Part shown: positions 12,470-25,699 of the stretch, in pieces
How positions within the stretch are numbered: the first letter of the stretch is position 1
How the letters are laid out: the number at the start of each line of letters is the position of its first letter
Assembly: GCA_002269645.1 (NCBI GenBank)
Contig: NIVC01001965.1
Location: 1-64,000, forward strand
DNA from: Macrostomum lignano
Lineage: Eukaryota
Reading direction: 5' to 3'
DNA length: 64,000 nt
Program-made: the position numbers and the translations under genes
The notes under the pieces: generated by a model
The model's input: the letters and a program-made list of their open reading frames with translations, nothing else
The model's database searches: none
Told to the model about the DNA's origin: nothing

Positions 12470-13500
12470 TGCGTCATGTAAAATCATAGAAGCGTCATTA
12501 AAAAAATCATAGAAGCGTCATGTAAAAAATCGTAGAAGCGTCATGTAAAAAATCTTAGAAGCGTCATGTAAACAATCATAGAAGCGTCATGTAAACAATC
12601 ATAGAAGCGTCATGTAAACAATCATAGAAGCGTCATGTAAACAATCATGGAAGCGTCATGTAAACAATCATAGAAGCGTCATTTAAAAAATCATAGAAGC
12701 GTCATATAAAAATCGTAGAAGCGTCATGTAAACAATCATAGAAGCATCATTTAAAAAATCATAGAAGCGTCATTAAAAAATCATAGAAGCGTCATGTAAA
12801 AAATCGTAGAAGCGTCATGTAAACAATCATAGAAGCGTCATGTAAACAATCATAGAAGCGTCATGTAAACAATCATAGAAGCGTCATTTAAAAAATCATA
12901 GAAGCGTCATATAAAAATCGTAGAAGCGTCATGTAAACAATCATAGAAGCGTCATGTAAACAATCATAGAAGCGTCATGTAAAAAATCATAGAAGCGTCA
13001 TGTAAACAATCATAGAAGCGTCAGGTAAAAAATCATAGAAGCGTCATGTATTGAATCATAGAAGCGTCATGTAAACAATCATAGAAGCGTCATGTAAACA
13101 ATCATAGAAGCGTCATGTAAAAAATCATAGAAGCGTCATGTAAACAATCATAGAAGCGTCAGGTAAAAAATCATAGAAGCGTCATGTATTGAATCATAGA
13201 AGCGTCATGTAAACAATCATAGAAGCGTCATGTAAACAATCATAGAAGCACCATGTAAAAAATCATAGAAGCGTCATATAAAAACATAGAAGCGTCATTT
13301 AAAAAATCATAGAAGCGTCATGTAAAAAATCATAGAAGCGTCATGTAAACAATCATAGAAGCGTCATGTAAATAATCATAGAAGCGTCATGTAAAAATCA
13401 TAGAAGCGTCAAGAAAAAATCATAGAAGCCTCATTTAAAAACTAATGAAAGTGTCATTTAAAAAATTAAGAAGCGTCACGGTAGAATAAAAGAAACGTCA
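12470..13500. repeat. ~23-bp minisatellite AAACAATCATAGAAGCGTCATGT
   Basis: About 45 degenerate tandem copies. Confidence 0.95.
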
Positions 13501-13689
13501 TGTCAGACATGAAGGGTTCATGTAAAAATTAAATGCAATTATAGTGCTGTGCTGGGGAGAAAAACTGAGACATAAAGGCTCTCAGAGAATAACTGAGATT
13601 ACGGGGGGGGGGGGGTTTCTGAGATGTCAAAGCAAAAGTCAGAAGCTACTTCAAAGTTCATGTCACGGGGGGGGGAGGCGCTGATGGAA

Positions 13690-14560
13690 GAAAAGTCATG
13701 TAAAAAATAAAAGTAGCACTATGTATACATAAAAGAAAAGTCATGTCGAAGTTAAAAGATTCATTTGGGAATTGCTACGATGTCAAAGCTTGGTGGAAAT
13801 CGTTATAGTGCTGTGATTCTTAAAGAAGGAATCACTAAAATGTCAAGGCTTAGGGGAGAAGAATTGCTGAGATTTCAAGGCTTTAGGTTGGGTTAAAGTT
13901 AGGTTTAGGTCAGGTGTGGGTTGAGGGTTATATTTTATCGGGTTTCAAGGTTAACAGGGGATTTTTTAGATTTCAATGTTTATGGGGGCCATTGCTGACA
14001 TGTCAAGGCTTACGGGGGAATAGCTGACATGTCAAGGCTCATGGGGGTATAAATAAGATTTCAAGGCTAAAGTCAGAAGCTACATGTAGTTTATTGAAAA
14101 CTTTTTATTACATTATTTGATGCCTCCTCAGGGGAAGGATCGCTGATAAAAAAAGCGTAATGTAAAAAATAAAAGAAGCTTCATGTCGAATTTAAGAGAT
14201 TCATTTGGGAATCCCTACAATGTCGAGGCTTGCAGGGAATCGCTATAATGCTGTAGTAGTGCTATAATGACTCTTAGAGAGAATTACTGAAATTTCAATG
14301 CTTTAGGGTTAGGTTAGGGTTAGGGTTAGGGTTAGGCTAGGGTTAGGGTTAGAAGGTTGACAGATATTTTTAGATTTCCAATGCTTATTTGGGCCATTGC
14401 TGAGATGTCAAGGGGGGGAGTTGATATGTTAAAGCTTGTGGGGGGGGAATTACTGACATGTCAAGGCTTACAAGGTTTGACAGGAGATTTTTTAAGATTT
14501 GAAGGATACATGTAGCTTATTAAAAAAACGTGTATTGCATTTCTTTGGCTCCCCAACGGG
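13690..14560. repeat. Degenerate ~440-bp tandem duplication containing TTAGGG-like tracts
   Basis: AGATTCATTTGGGAAT...ATGTC occurs at ~13757 and ~14196. A (TTAGGG)n-like run at 14302-14352 has a degenerate counterpart at ~13890-13930. Confidence 0.7.
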
Positions 14561-17500
14561 GGGCGTAGATTGCTAGTAAATTAACTAAGTGCAATTTGAT
14601 TTAGTTTTTGGCAAGAAAAACTTCAAAAAAAGTTTAGTTTTTTTCAAGGGAAATGAATTTCTTTTTCTTCTTTTGCATTTATTTTCCTAATGAGGCAGAT
14701 AGGTTGCAGAACCAATAAACTAAGCCCATAGTTTAGAACACCTTGAATGTATGTCAGACTAAAAACTCCTATAATTTTTTAGTATATACACCAAATTTTT
14801 TCCAACCCAAAATTGTAATCCCAGAAAAAATGTGCCTCATTACGAGCCTTATTTCTAGTTTTTTTGCTTATATTCTTTATAGTGCCAGTGGAAAGTCAAT
14901 ACATGCCAAGATTTCTTTACTTTTTTTCAAAACAATTACTTTCCATTTCAATTTTCTTTTATTTCACAATTTGATTCTGCAACTATAGGAATATATGCGC
15001 CACTTTTTCACTCTCTATTTTTATATACCAGCATTGCCAGATAGTGTACCAGATTTCAAAAAAAATTTGTATGCCAAGTGTATGCCAAAAGTTGTGTGTA
15101 TGCCGGATTTATCTGGCATACCATACCTCTTCTGGAGTATGGAACTAAGCATCATGCACTGTTAACATTGAGATTGAGGAAATGATTAGTATATCAATGG
15201 TTTTATTTAGGATTGCAAGGCTTATTAATTGCAAGCTTTAATCTGCAAAGACTTATTCTTTGAGGCCTCAAAGCTTAGCCTGGCGCAGGTAATCCAATTT
15301 ATCTACTAGTGGTTAATATTATTTGAGGTTTTAGATATTTTAGTTAGAGTCAATTTGTTTAACTTTAAGATGACAGAGGAGCAACAAAAATATTATTATT
15401 ATTATTATTATTTAATATAAGAAATAAGAAAAATAACTTTATAGTATAGAGCCAATCTTTAAATTTTTATATTTCTATATCAGTAACCAGTTAAAACTCA
15501 AATGTTATAGACAATTAGACATCTGCTAATTATTTGTTGCCATTTTAAAATTTCATCTTAAATCAGGATTAATTTAATCTTAATATTTAATCAGGTTAAT
15601 AAACCTTTAAGTTGATAGAATCTGTAGGCTGTAATGCTAATGCAATTAATTGCAACTCTGCAAGTTCAAGCTGCACTTAGTGAGGTGGGGCGGAGAAAGG
15701 TTTAAAAACAACAAATTTTGAAAGTTGGTAGTTTTGAAAAGTTGGGTTTCCTCGAAACCGAACGGCGTTGAGTTCGCACAAATTGAATCCGGAAAAATCC
15801 GTGTGGACGAATCCCAATTGAAATGTCTCGTAGATACTCCGACTGCCGGGGTCCTCAATCCCGGGGGGAGGGTAGTTTAGTCGTAGTCGAGCGGTCTTCG
15901 TTGGCGCGAGCGTTCAGAACGGGTCCTCAGACACCGAATTTATCGTATCTCGTATGTTTGACTTAACTGGTTACTAACAGTAGAGTAGCGCTGCCACCAC
16001 CGTAATTCGCGTATTACGGAATGTTGGAGTCTCAGAACTTGCTTCGAGATGAGACTAGGTTGTTTTACGCCCCACGGGCAAATAACTCAAAATAAGCTAG
16101 GCTTCAGGCTATTAATGAAAATTAACGTAAAATCAACTGTTTTATTAGTTCGTAAAAAGTTAAGTTAGTAAAAGTATAAGGGACCGAACCCTACTCCGGC
16201 GGATGATTTGCCGGTGCCGCGGTGCACGACTGAATAAAACGGCTTACGCTAGTTGTAGTTAAATTGGGCGAATTAAATATTAGTTGTTAAATTGAATAGG
16301 GAGAGAGAGAGCGAGGGTGGGCACAAAACTTAAAGAAGATAGAAAAGCGGGAACCAAACTAAAAACCAAACTAAACCTAACAAAAACAAAAAAAAATAAA
16401 CTTTAAAAAAATTGGGCAGCACTAGGGGCACCATTAAATAGAGAATAGGAGCGCAAAAGATGGACAAGTGGGGTCAAACATTGGTGGCAAAAGGTGGTCA
16501 CGGGGTCCAAGCATCGAACAAACAAAAATAACACGGAAAGATAGGGAGTTAAACAAAAATTTCCAAAAGAGGGACGCAGAGGTCCAGAAAAAGGAGTGGG
16601 AAAACCATCGCAAGAACGGGGAGACTGACGAAATAAGCCAACGACTGGGGGCACAGGGTGGACACAGAGGACCAAAAACTGGGGACAGTGGGAAAGGGTC
16701 AGAAGGTGGTTTAATAAGTCACGTAAACTAAATTTAGAAATTAAAATAATAAAGTTCACTAAATTGTTAGTGGCAGCCCCCAACTGCCACATTAGTCTAC
16801 ATTTTCTTAGAAAAATAATGAAACGAAAAAATGCACAAATTACGGATAATAGTAAGAAAATCCACCAAACGTTTAAGTGTGACTGTATTAATTTTTTATT
16901 TGTGTGACGACGTCGTTAACATCTTAAATTTTTAGTTTCTATGTGAGTTTTTATTACTTAAAATTATTGTAGTTGATTAATTTGCAGGTTCCCCAGCTAT
17001 TAATTTAATGTAATTTATTTAGAAAAGAATGTACTTTAAGTTTTATTTATTTAAGTCCAAGTTATTACTACTTTTTTGATAGATATCTTAGGTTTAAATG
17101 AATCGGATTTCCCCGCCAATTTAAATGTTGCCTCGCGCTCGTTAATTGTACTTTCCTCTACTCGGCGTTTTGTCTCGTGCCCTGCGTGTCAACACTACTA
17201 CTAATTGAACTAGCTAACGAATAAATAATTAAATAAATAATTAATTAAATAATCGCTTACTAAATCTCGAACTCGCTACGCTACGCCACAATTTGTCAAA
17301 TCTAATTAACCGAATTTAATAAATACTTTATATATATATATAAATTTGTTTTATTCGTATTTCAAAACAAAATTTATCTGGCACAGCTGGAGTTTAATCC
17401 ACTTCGGTAATAATAGCCATTTTGGTAACAGCCACTTGGGTAACAAAGCAAATTTACAATTGTCAACACTATTTTTATGATAATTAAGTTTAGCAATAAT

Positions 17501-18049
17501 TAGTTTAATAATTAACATCTTAAATATCTTATAGCACATATCATTAAACTTTCTTTTGAAATGGATTAGTGTTCTCTCGTTTTCACTCTGTTCCTTGTCA
17601 CGTGCGCTAGTCATCGTCTTGTGGCCTGTAACGACGAACTCTACTGTGAAGACTTAATTTATTACCTGCTACATGTAGATTAAAAAGCTTTCATCCTTTA
17701 TTAAATTCTACAAAAGCCTGCCTTTTCCGATTAGCAAAGCCAGTCAATTAAAAAATGAAGATTCCTAGCTAAAACTATAAAATTAGGTCTATAAATGCAC
17801 TTTACGAACTAATTCATCATATAATTCTATTCGTACGACTGTCATCCAAAAATTGTATGAATAAATGTACAGATTCTTTTTTTCAGTTTTACATTACATA
17901 AATTTAAGAAACGGATAAACTTCGGTTTTTTAACTACCAAAACAGCAACCTTTCTAGGAACAAGTAGAAAAGTATTCATATACTAACTTTTGTTACCAGG
18001 GACAACTGAGTCACTCTAGTTGTCCTGGTGTTACCCACAAGGCCAAAGT

Positions 18050-18450
18050 AGTTTTTACCTTTGTGAAGTTATGGCAGGCTCATAAAGCCTCGATCTTGTC
18101 GGCGAGGCGTCAAAAGTGTCTACATGTGCCTAACATACACGTAGCTAAGGACCACCGTATAACTGCACGACCTGTTAAACCCCAGCTGACTAGCCAAAGT
18201 GCTAGCTCCTCGTGGTCGGAAAAGGACAAAGATGCTGTGGGGGAGACCAGCTCCTCTGACCGCGATCTCTCGATCCTCATCTGCACCGGAAGGCTGGTGG
18301 AAGACGATCGTGCAAAACAAGTTTTATTTGTGAATGGAGGCCAGCGCCTGCTCAGCTGAGCGCACCGCGGCCGAGGCTGCAGGTCTGGTCCAGCCTACAA
18401 CAGAAGACATGCGTGCGAGAGCTTTCAACCAAAGCTGAGCCGGCCATTAC
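18050..18450 (-). pseudogene. Decayed F-box gene fragment, paralog of the 19617-24486 gene
   Basis: GCCAGCGCCTGCTCAGCTGAGCGCACCG (18340-18367) is shared with 24369-24396 (C-AQLSRRW of the F-box). The flanking sequence is frameshifted and has stops. Confidence 0.6.
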
Positions 18451-19616
18451 CAGGTGTGGGAATTTTTGAGATGTTGGTGGAAACCGTGAAGTCAGCTTGC
18501 AGAATGCATTTTATACCTGACTCAGTCCAGTACTCATACGTGTTTAAATGCCTGCCGTCAAATCACAGCCCTCACTCAGTATATCTAGCATTTGTCATGA
18601 AACAGAAAATGAAGAAGAGCTACGCCGATTCGCTTTGCAAAGTTTTAAAAGCCCACGAGGCAAAATTCGCAGTGTATAATGTTGCACTTTTCAGTACAAT
18701 AAATAAAAGTATATTTTACTAAAGACTGATAGAATTACATTATCAAGAAAAAATGGCGCCAAAAGTGCTGTGGCACTGTGGAGTTATAAAACCTTCCAAC
18801 GAATGTTTTAGTTAAAAAAAGCGCAATGAATTCGCGTGGTTTTACTTATGCAAGGAATCCTAGACATATTGAGTATTCGCAGTAAGAGTCCGTCGCTTAG
18901 TGGCTTGAGTGCTTCAGTTCACGCAAGCTGTAAAATGGGTGCCAGCATTAGCTGGGGTAATTGAGGGTGTGTGGCAACTCCTCCCAGTCCTTTGACTGAA
19001 CAGCCGTACGCGCCATAGCTGCGGCTGAGCTGTCGGTTGCACATCTGCGCAATATAGCAGGTGTAATAAAACTTTAGCTATAAGAATGAATAAATAATCT
19101 TTGAGTAAAAAACTGGCCCTTAAACGCGACAGAAACAGGAAATTAAGTCGTTAGAAAGCAAGTTAATAAGACAGAAATAAGCAAGAAAATAAGCCTGGGG
19201 CTTATCGAGCAATTCACGTCCACGAGAGTCGAAATCCCAAGGTACAGAGTATGCACGCCTGTCGATAAGAAAGATAGGACTGCTGTGCACCCTGTATGAG
19301 TGCGTGCTCAGGGATTGGCGAACCGGCTTAATCCGTTCCCGAGTTAGGGGATCTCTAAATCTTTATCTCTCCGTTAGGCTTAGGGTTAAGTTTATCGGAG
19401 ATATGAACTTTCGGAAATTATGTTTAGGCGATATGGTGTTTTGGAGATATAAGTGTCGGAGGTATCGGACCCCCCCCCTTCCCGGCAGTGCGTCGAGCTC
19501 CCCGGCAACAATTAAAGCACTAGAAACGAAGAAGAAAATAAAGACTAAAACACTATAGACTATTTGAGAGAAAAAACGTAAAAATTGTTAACGAAACAGC
19601 AAGCTGCAGTTGTCAG

Positions 19617-22600
19617 TCAAAGGACAAAAAAAGTAGGTCGAAACCAGTTTTCAACTCTCACAGGGTGATCGAAACCAGCGCAAAAAGCTTGAAAATCTGA
19701 CCCGGAAATCGGGTGCTGTTTATAGCCCGTGGCTCCCGGCCGGTGAACCGGAAAAGGACTTTCTCTGGCTTCATCATGGATGTGCAGAGCCAGGTGAGTC
19801 AGCTGCGGGCAGCCGCTGGCGATGCTGGGCAGACAGGCGGCGGTCAGGCGGCTGCAGTCGGACAGGAACAGCCGCCGCAGCCCCCTGACGGCCGGGCTGG
19901 CGCACAGGTCGGCAACCGCCTCATCGGTGAGGCTGGACTCGCTGCATTTTTCAGCATGAAAATTCTGCAGTTCGGCTGTGGTGGCGACGACTTGCTGGGT
20001 TCTCAGACTCGCCCAGGCCTGGCGGGTCAGGCGGCTGCAGTTGGTGAGGTGGAGGCAGCGCAGGCGGGGCAGCCGGGAGAGCAGAGCCGGCAGCAGGTCG
20101 TCGCAACAAAAGTCCAGGACTAGAAGGCTCAGGCCTGAAGTTCGGTACAGGCAATTCAGAGGTAATTCCTGAATTGCTTTATTAAAGATGACAGGCGGAA
20201 TAGCTTCACACTTACAGCCAATTGAGCTAAGCAAAGCGCGGACTCAGGCCTGAGCAGAACCAGCAACAGACCCGCTCACCTGAGCAACCACCAGTCCACA
20301 CCAGCAACAGACCCGCTCACCTGAGCAGTCACCAGTCCACACCAGCAACAGACCCGCTCACCTGAGCAACCACCAGTCCACACCAGCAACAGACCCGCTC
20401 ACCTGAGCAGCCACCAGTCCACACCAGCAACAGACCCGCTCACCTGAGCAGCCACCAGTCCACACCAGCAACAGACCCGCTCACCTGAGCAGCCACCAGT
20501 CCACACCAGCAACAGACCCGCTCACCTGAGCAGCCACCAGCCCACACCAGCAACAGACCCGCTCACCTGAGCAGCCACCAGTCCACACCAGCAACAGACC
20601 CGCTCACCTGAGCAGCCACCAGCCCACACCAGCAACAGACCCGCTCACCTGAGCAGCCACCAGTCCACACCAGCAACAGACCCGCTCACCTGAGCAGCCA
20701 CCAGCCCACACCAGCAACAGACTCGCTCACCTGAGCAGCCACCAGTCCACACCAGCAACAGACCCGCTCACCTGAGCAGCCACCAGCCCACACCAGCAAC
20801 AGACCCGCTCACCTGAGCAGCCACCAGCCCACACCAGCAACTCACCTGAGCAGTTAAACAATGTGTCCATCAGCCTCAAGCCTTTGAGATTACTGTCCCC
20901 AAACTGTTGCATTAGCAGTTGCCGCAGGCCAGTCGGCAGTGGGGCGCTCAAGTCAGACTCATCTAGGGCGGTCACTTTGTTGCAGAAATCGAGGCCCAGC
21001 TGTGTGAGGCCAGCTGGCAGGGCTTGCAGAATGTCGCGGACCTCTCTACCAGTGAGATTTTTATAGTACAGCAGTCTGAAGCTTCGGAGTTGCGGCAGGC
21101 AGCGCAGCAGCAGCAAAATCGGAGTCGCATTGTTGAAACCGCAGCTCAGGCTGAGGCGACGCAGAGGCAGGCTCGGTATTCGAGACCTTGAACTTGGAAC
21201 TGCAGCGTCTCTACAGCTGACCTCCAGCTTCTCCAAGTTCGGCATTCGTGGTAGCAAATCCAAAAGCTCTGGGTGGAAGTAGTATATGTTTAATAGACTC
21301 AGGGGACAAAATCCTAAGCAATAAACTGCTACAAGTTGCTAGCTTTGCTTTTTAACAAGAACTAAGAGTCCCTTAGTCAAACAATCGTTCCGTGTTTTTA
21401 ATGGCTAAGCGCTACAATAAGAAGCGGCTTGAACCTTCTTTATTCTTTATCTGCTTCTAGATAAAGATATAGATTCGGCTAAAAATTTCAGCGTGTAAAT
21501 TTGGAGGCCACCGAGAGATGACCGCGGAAATTGAGCGAGTTTGGGAAATAAAAACACACTCAAACGAGATTTTTTAAACAAATTTTGACTCGATCCTACT
21601 AAATTCGGTCATTTCGCGGACTTTTTTTTCTGTGGAAAACTCGGTCCCAAAAACTGTTGATCGTGATTTGATCATTTTCTCGGTCTAAAATTCGGTCCCA
21701 AAAACTTTTTATCGTGATTTGATCATTTTCTCGGTCTAAAATTCGGTCCCAAAAACTTTTTATCGTGATTTGATCATTTTCTCGGTCTAAAATTCGGTCC
21801 CAAAAACTGTTGATCGTGATTTGATCATTTTCTCGGTCTAAAATTCGGTCCCAAAAACTTTTTATCGTGATTTGATCATTTTCTCGGTCTAAAATTCGGT
21901 CCCAAAAACTTTTTATCGTGATTGATCATTTTCTCGGTCTAAAATTCGGACCCAAAAACTTTTTATCGTGATTTGATCATTTTCTCGGTCTAAAATTCGG
22001 TCCCAAAAACTTTTTATCGTGATTGATCATTTTCTCGGTCTAAAATTCGGTCCCAAAAACTTTTTATCGTGATTTGATCATTTTCTCGGTCTAAAATTCG
22101 GTCCCAAAAACTTTTTATCGTGATTTGATCATTTTCTCGGTCTAAAATTCGGTCCCAAAAACTTTTTATCGTGATTTGATCATTTTCTCGGTCTAAAATT
22201 CGGTCCCAAAAACTTTTTATCGTGATTTGATCATTTTCTCGGTCTAAAATTCGGTCCCAAAAACTTTTTATCGTGATTTGATCATTTTCTCGGTCTAAAA
22301 TTCGGTCCCAAAAACTTTTTATCGTGATTTGATCATTTTCTCGGTCTAAAATTCGGTCCCAAAAACTTTTTATCGTGATTTGATCATTTTCTCGGTCTAA
22401 AATTCGGTCCCAAAAACTTTTTATCGTGATTTGATCATTTTCTCGGTCTAAAATTCGGTCCCAAAAACTGTTGATCGTGATTTGATCATTTTCTCGGTCT
22501 AAAATTCGGTCCCAAAAACTTTTTATCGTGATTTGATCATTTTCTCGGTCTAAAATTCGGTCCCAAAACCTGGCACTGTGTGACTCGGTCAGATTCTCGG

Positions 22601-24486
22601 GTACTGTCTCGCTCATTTTCTCGGTCTAAAATTCGGTCCCAAAACCTGGCACTGTGTGACTCGGTCAGATTCTCGGGTACTGTCTCGCTCATTTTCTCGG
22701 TCTAAATTCGGTCCCAAAACCTGGCACTGTGTGACTCGATCAGATTCTCGGGTACTGTCTCGCTCATTTTCTCGGTCGAAAACTCAGTGACTTGGTAATT
22801 TCATATCAAATATGCCACTTCTTTTAAACATATGACAGAAGTTACCTTTGGAAAGCTTTGCGTTTAGAAATTTACTTTCAATATGCTACTATTAGTGGTA
22901 TTAGTGACTAAGGTACCATGGTATTAGTGAATCTCCGACTTTTGTTCGTAGAAAAATCTAATATCTCTACGTAAGGTTTTCAAACTAGACATCAATTGCA
23001 AAAATAGACTTCCAACACTTTAGAATAAGGTCGCTGACTTAATACTCTGTAGTTTTAGGAATCAGTGTACTGCATACCCCAGAAATTTTATAAGACCGAA
23101 ATTTCACAAGACCGAAACTTCATAAGACCGAAATTTCACAACGCCGGAAACTGCTGCACGATCCTTCACAAGACCGAAACTTCATAAGACCGAAATTTCA
23201 CAACGCCGGAAACTGCTGCACGATCCTTCACAAGACCGAAACATCTTTTAACCTACGTCAATTTATCTGTAACTGGAAAATTTCTGATCGAACGGTGCAA
23301 ATTTGAAGAAAATCGGTTGAGACGTTTTTCTGAAATCTATTAAATACCTACCCACAGACAACTCATTTTTATATATTGAGATAGTAAGGTAGATAGAGAT
23401 AGAGATAGTACTTAGTAAGGTAGCGAGCTTAAGGTAGCCATTTTTGACAGTGATTTAGTACCGAGTTCTGACCGTGATTTACATGTACGAGCGTAGTACC
23501 GAGTTTTGACCTGTAAAACTACCGAGCTTCCAGTTCTGATGCTTCTCGCTCAGAAAGTGTCCGTAGCAAGTTTTTTAAACCAAAAAATCGAGCTGCCAAT
23601 TTGACTCGGTTACCGAGTTCGTTTTAGCGAGTTTCTCGCTCAAAATTTTCAGCCGGGAGAAACACGCTCCCGCCCACCTCCCGTAGTTCTCGCGCGACGC
23701 TTCACCACGCCGTCGTGTAAACTTTTTTTCACCTGGCTAACTACAAGTACAAGAATGCATCATCCTTACATCAGCGCAGAACTTCAGGTCTTCAACAAAC
23801 TCACCAGAGAAATCAAACACGTAGAATTTCAGGCTAACCAGCTTAGGACACTTCGGAATGAAGTGAAGCAGGTTACCACAATTATCCTCAAGATCATCGC
23901 CATAAAAATCAAAAGACAAGTTGGCCAGTCGGGCAACCAGCTGGTTGAGAAGCTGCCTGTTCTGCGAATCTGCGAGCGAGTACAGGGGTATCATAGTGCG
24001 ATAGAACCATTTTCCAAGAATTTCCATCAGCGACAGGCGGGGACAGCCGGTCAGCAGGCTGCTCAGCGCATCGTCCGAGAGCGCATTGTCGCAGTGACTG
24101 ACGCTCAGTTCCTGCAGGCTGTGGCAGCTGCGGCCCACGGCAATCAGCGCTGAGTCACCATTGACGCCAAACAATCTGAGGCTGGTGAGGTTCACGGATG
24201 CGGCCAGCACCTGGGGCAGCTTTTGTGGGTCAGTCATTGAGTAGCCATCAATCTCCCGCACAACGTCCCTCAGAAAGCTGGTAAACGATACCGTCAGTTC
24301 GACATTTGAGGAAGTGCCAAAGCCAATGCGGATTTTGCGCCACAGCTGCGGCTGCGTGGCCAGCCGATGCCAGCGCCTGCTCAGCTGAGCGCACCGGCCG
24401 CGGCTGGCCTGGTCCAGCTCGGACAGGATCCGCGTGAGCAGCACTTCTGGTAGAGTTTCGATCGCGCAGTGGCTCGTAGAGGTCGA
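19617..24486 (-). CDS. F-box/leucine-rich-repeat protein (FBXL-like). Exons 24486-23805, 21268-20846, 20134-19617; start exon not located
   Basis: F-box IETLPEVLLTRILSELDQASRGRCAQLSRRWHRLATQPQLWRKI, then cysteine-containing LRRs (LQELSVSHC, LRCLHLTNCSRLT, LRRLFLSDCSRLT, CPQLTHLAL). Phase-1 junctions TCTG|gtgagt...cccag|AG and TCAG|gtgagt...ttcag|GC keep the frame. The last acceptor is the best of several candidates. Confidence 0.82.
20255..20850. repeat. Intronic 41-bp minisatellite whose unit contains the exon/intron junction CTGCTCAG|GTGAG (- strand)
   Basis: About 14 copies of CTGAGCAGCCACCAG(T/C)CCACACCAGCAACAGACCCGCTCAC. Confidence 0.95.
21640..22780. repeat. Intronic 51-bp minisatellite AAATTCGGTCCCAAAAACTTTTTATCGTGATTTGATCATTTTCTCGGTCTA, ending in three longer variant units
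   Basis: About 18 near-perfect copies in the long F-box gene intron. Explains ORF 22014..22616. Confidence 0.95.
23265..23400 (+). mobile_element. Second copy of the dispersed repeat at 11850-11965 (opposite orientation)
   Basis: Shared GGAAAATTTCTGATCGAAC..TGC and AAAATCGG motifs. Upstream 23090-23245 contains a ~70-bp internal duplication. Confidence 0.45.
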
Positions 24487-25699
24487 CTGCGGGATTCAAT
24501 AAGTTATATCGCTTCTAGCCTAAAGTCGCAGACACGGGACGGATGATGTCCAGCACTAGATCGCTACAACCCCAAGCGCATTCATCTGGGGCTTGTGTGC
24601 GCGAAAATTGGCCAGCGAGTTGTGCGATCCACACACATGAGGGCCAGCCTCCCAGGGACAGTGTAGATGCCTGAGGAAGTCAGGGGCCACTGTACACCCT
24701 GAGTGAGCGTGTGCATGAGTGCCGTGCGCGCAGGAGTCAGACGAATGAGCAGAATTGCCTCACCACTGGTTGTAAGACAATGTTGCTGAAGGCGGTGCGA
24801 AAGGGTACACGCAGCACTACTGCGGATGTTTGATTTATCCTAATTTATCCAACAGGGTCACGGGCAAGGAACCTGTAGAATACCTGGTTTACCCTCTTGC
24901 ATGCTAAAAGCTATTTGGGACCCGGATGGCTTCCAGAGCGTGCAAAACTTCACAAAAATGCAGGAGCAGCAAAGGCAACAACAGCAGTCTTACATCCTGC
25001 TCGGACTCCGAGCCACTTTGAGGCCTCGTTGACTCGGCACCCGCCGCCTGGGCCATCTGCAATGATCGGCGCTGACTCAGCTGATCAATCTTGCACGAGA
25101 ATGAGAACTTATGAATTTCTATGGGGAGAGAGAACAAGAAAGGGGAGATGAGAGGAGAGAAGATGAGAGGGAAGAGGAGAGGAGAGGAGAGTAGAGAAAA
25201 AAAGAGAAGAAAAGAGAGGAGATAACTTAGAAGATACACAAATCCGAACTATATTGTTATAGATATATTGCTATTGTGAAGTTTCAAAGGACCCGAGGTC
25301 CGGATAGAGAGGCTTCGCGGACCGGAGGTTGCCGACCCCCGCTATAGCGGCTAAGCTAAAAATTAACGAAAAAGACGAGAGAAAAAGACTGCGCAAAATT
25401 GATTTTACTATCTGCAAAATAGCGGCAGGTGAAACCATTGGCTGACAAGTGCAAAGCTTATTATTGAAGTGCAGTTTAGCATTGAAATGAGCGCCGCGAC
25501 ACTTCACGCAATAAAGCTGTACATGCAAAATTCGCTGCTCATAACTGGTAACAGGGGTAAGTTGACCAGTTGCTCATCACTTTTTATTTAAACTGAGCTT
25601 CTTAAGTCGGCATTGCGATCGAGTATTCAACGTAAATATGGGTCTGCTAAGCTAACATAGCAACAACGGGTAACTACGGTAAAGAATAGGAAAAGGGAA

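Noticed and set aside
14302-14352. TTAGGG run as a true telomere or chromosome end
   Set aside because: Only about 8 imperfect units, internal, and flanked on both sides by a duplicated repeat unit.
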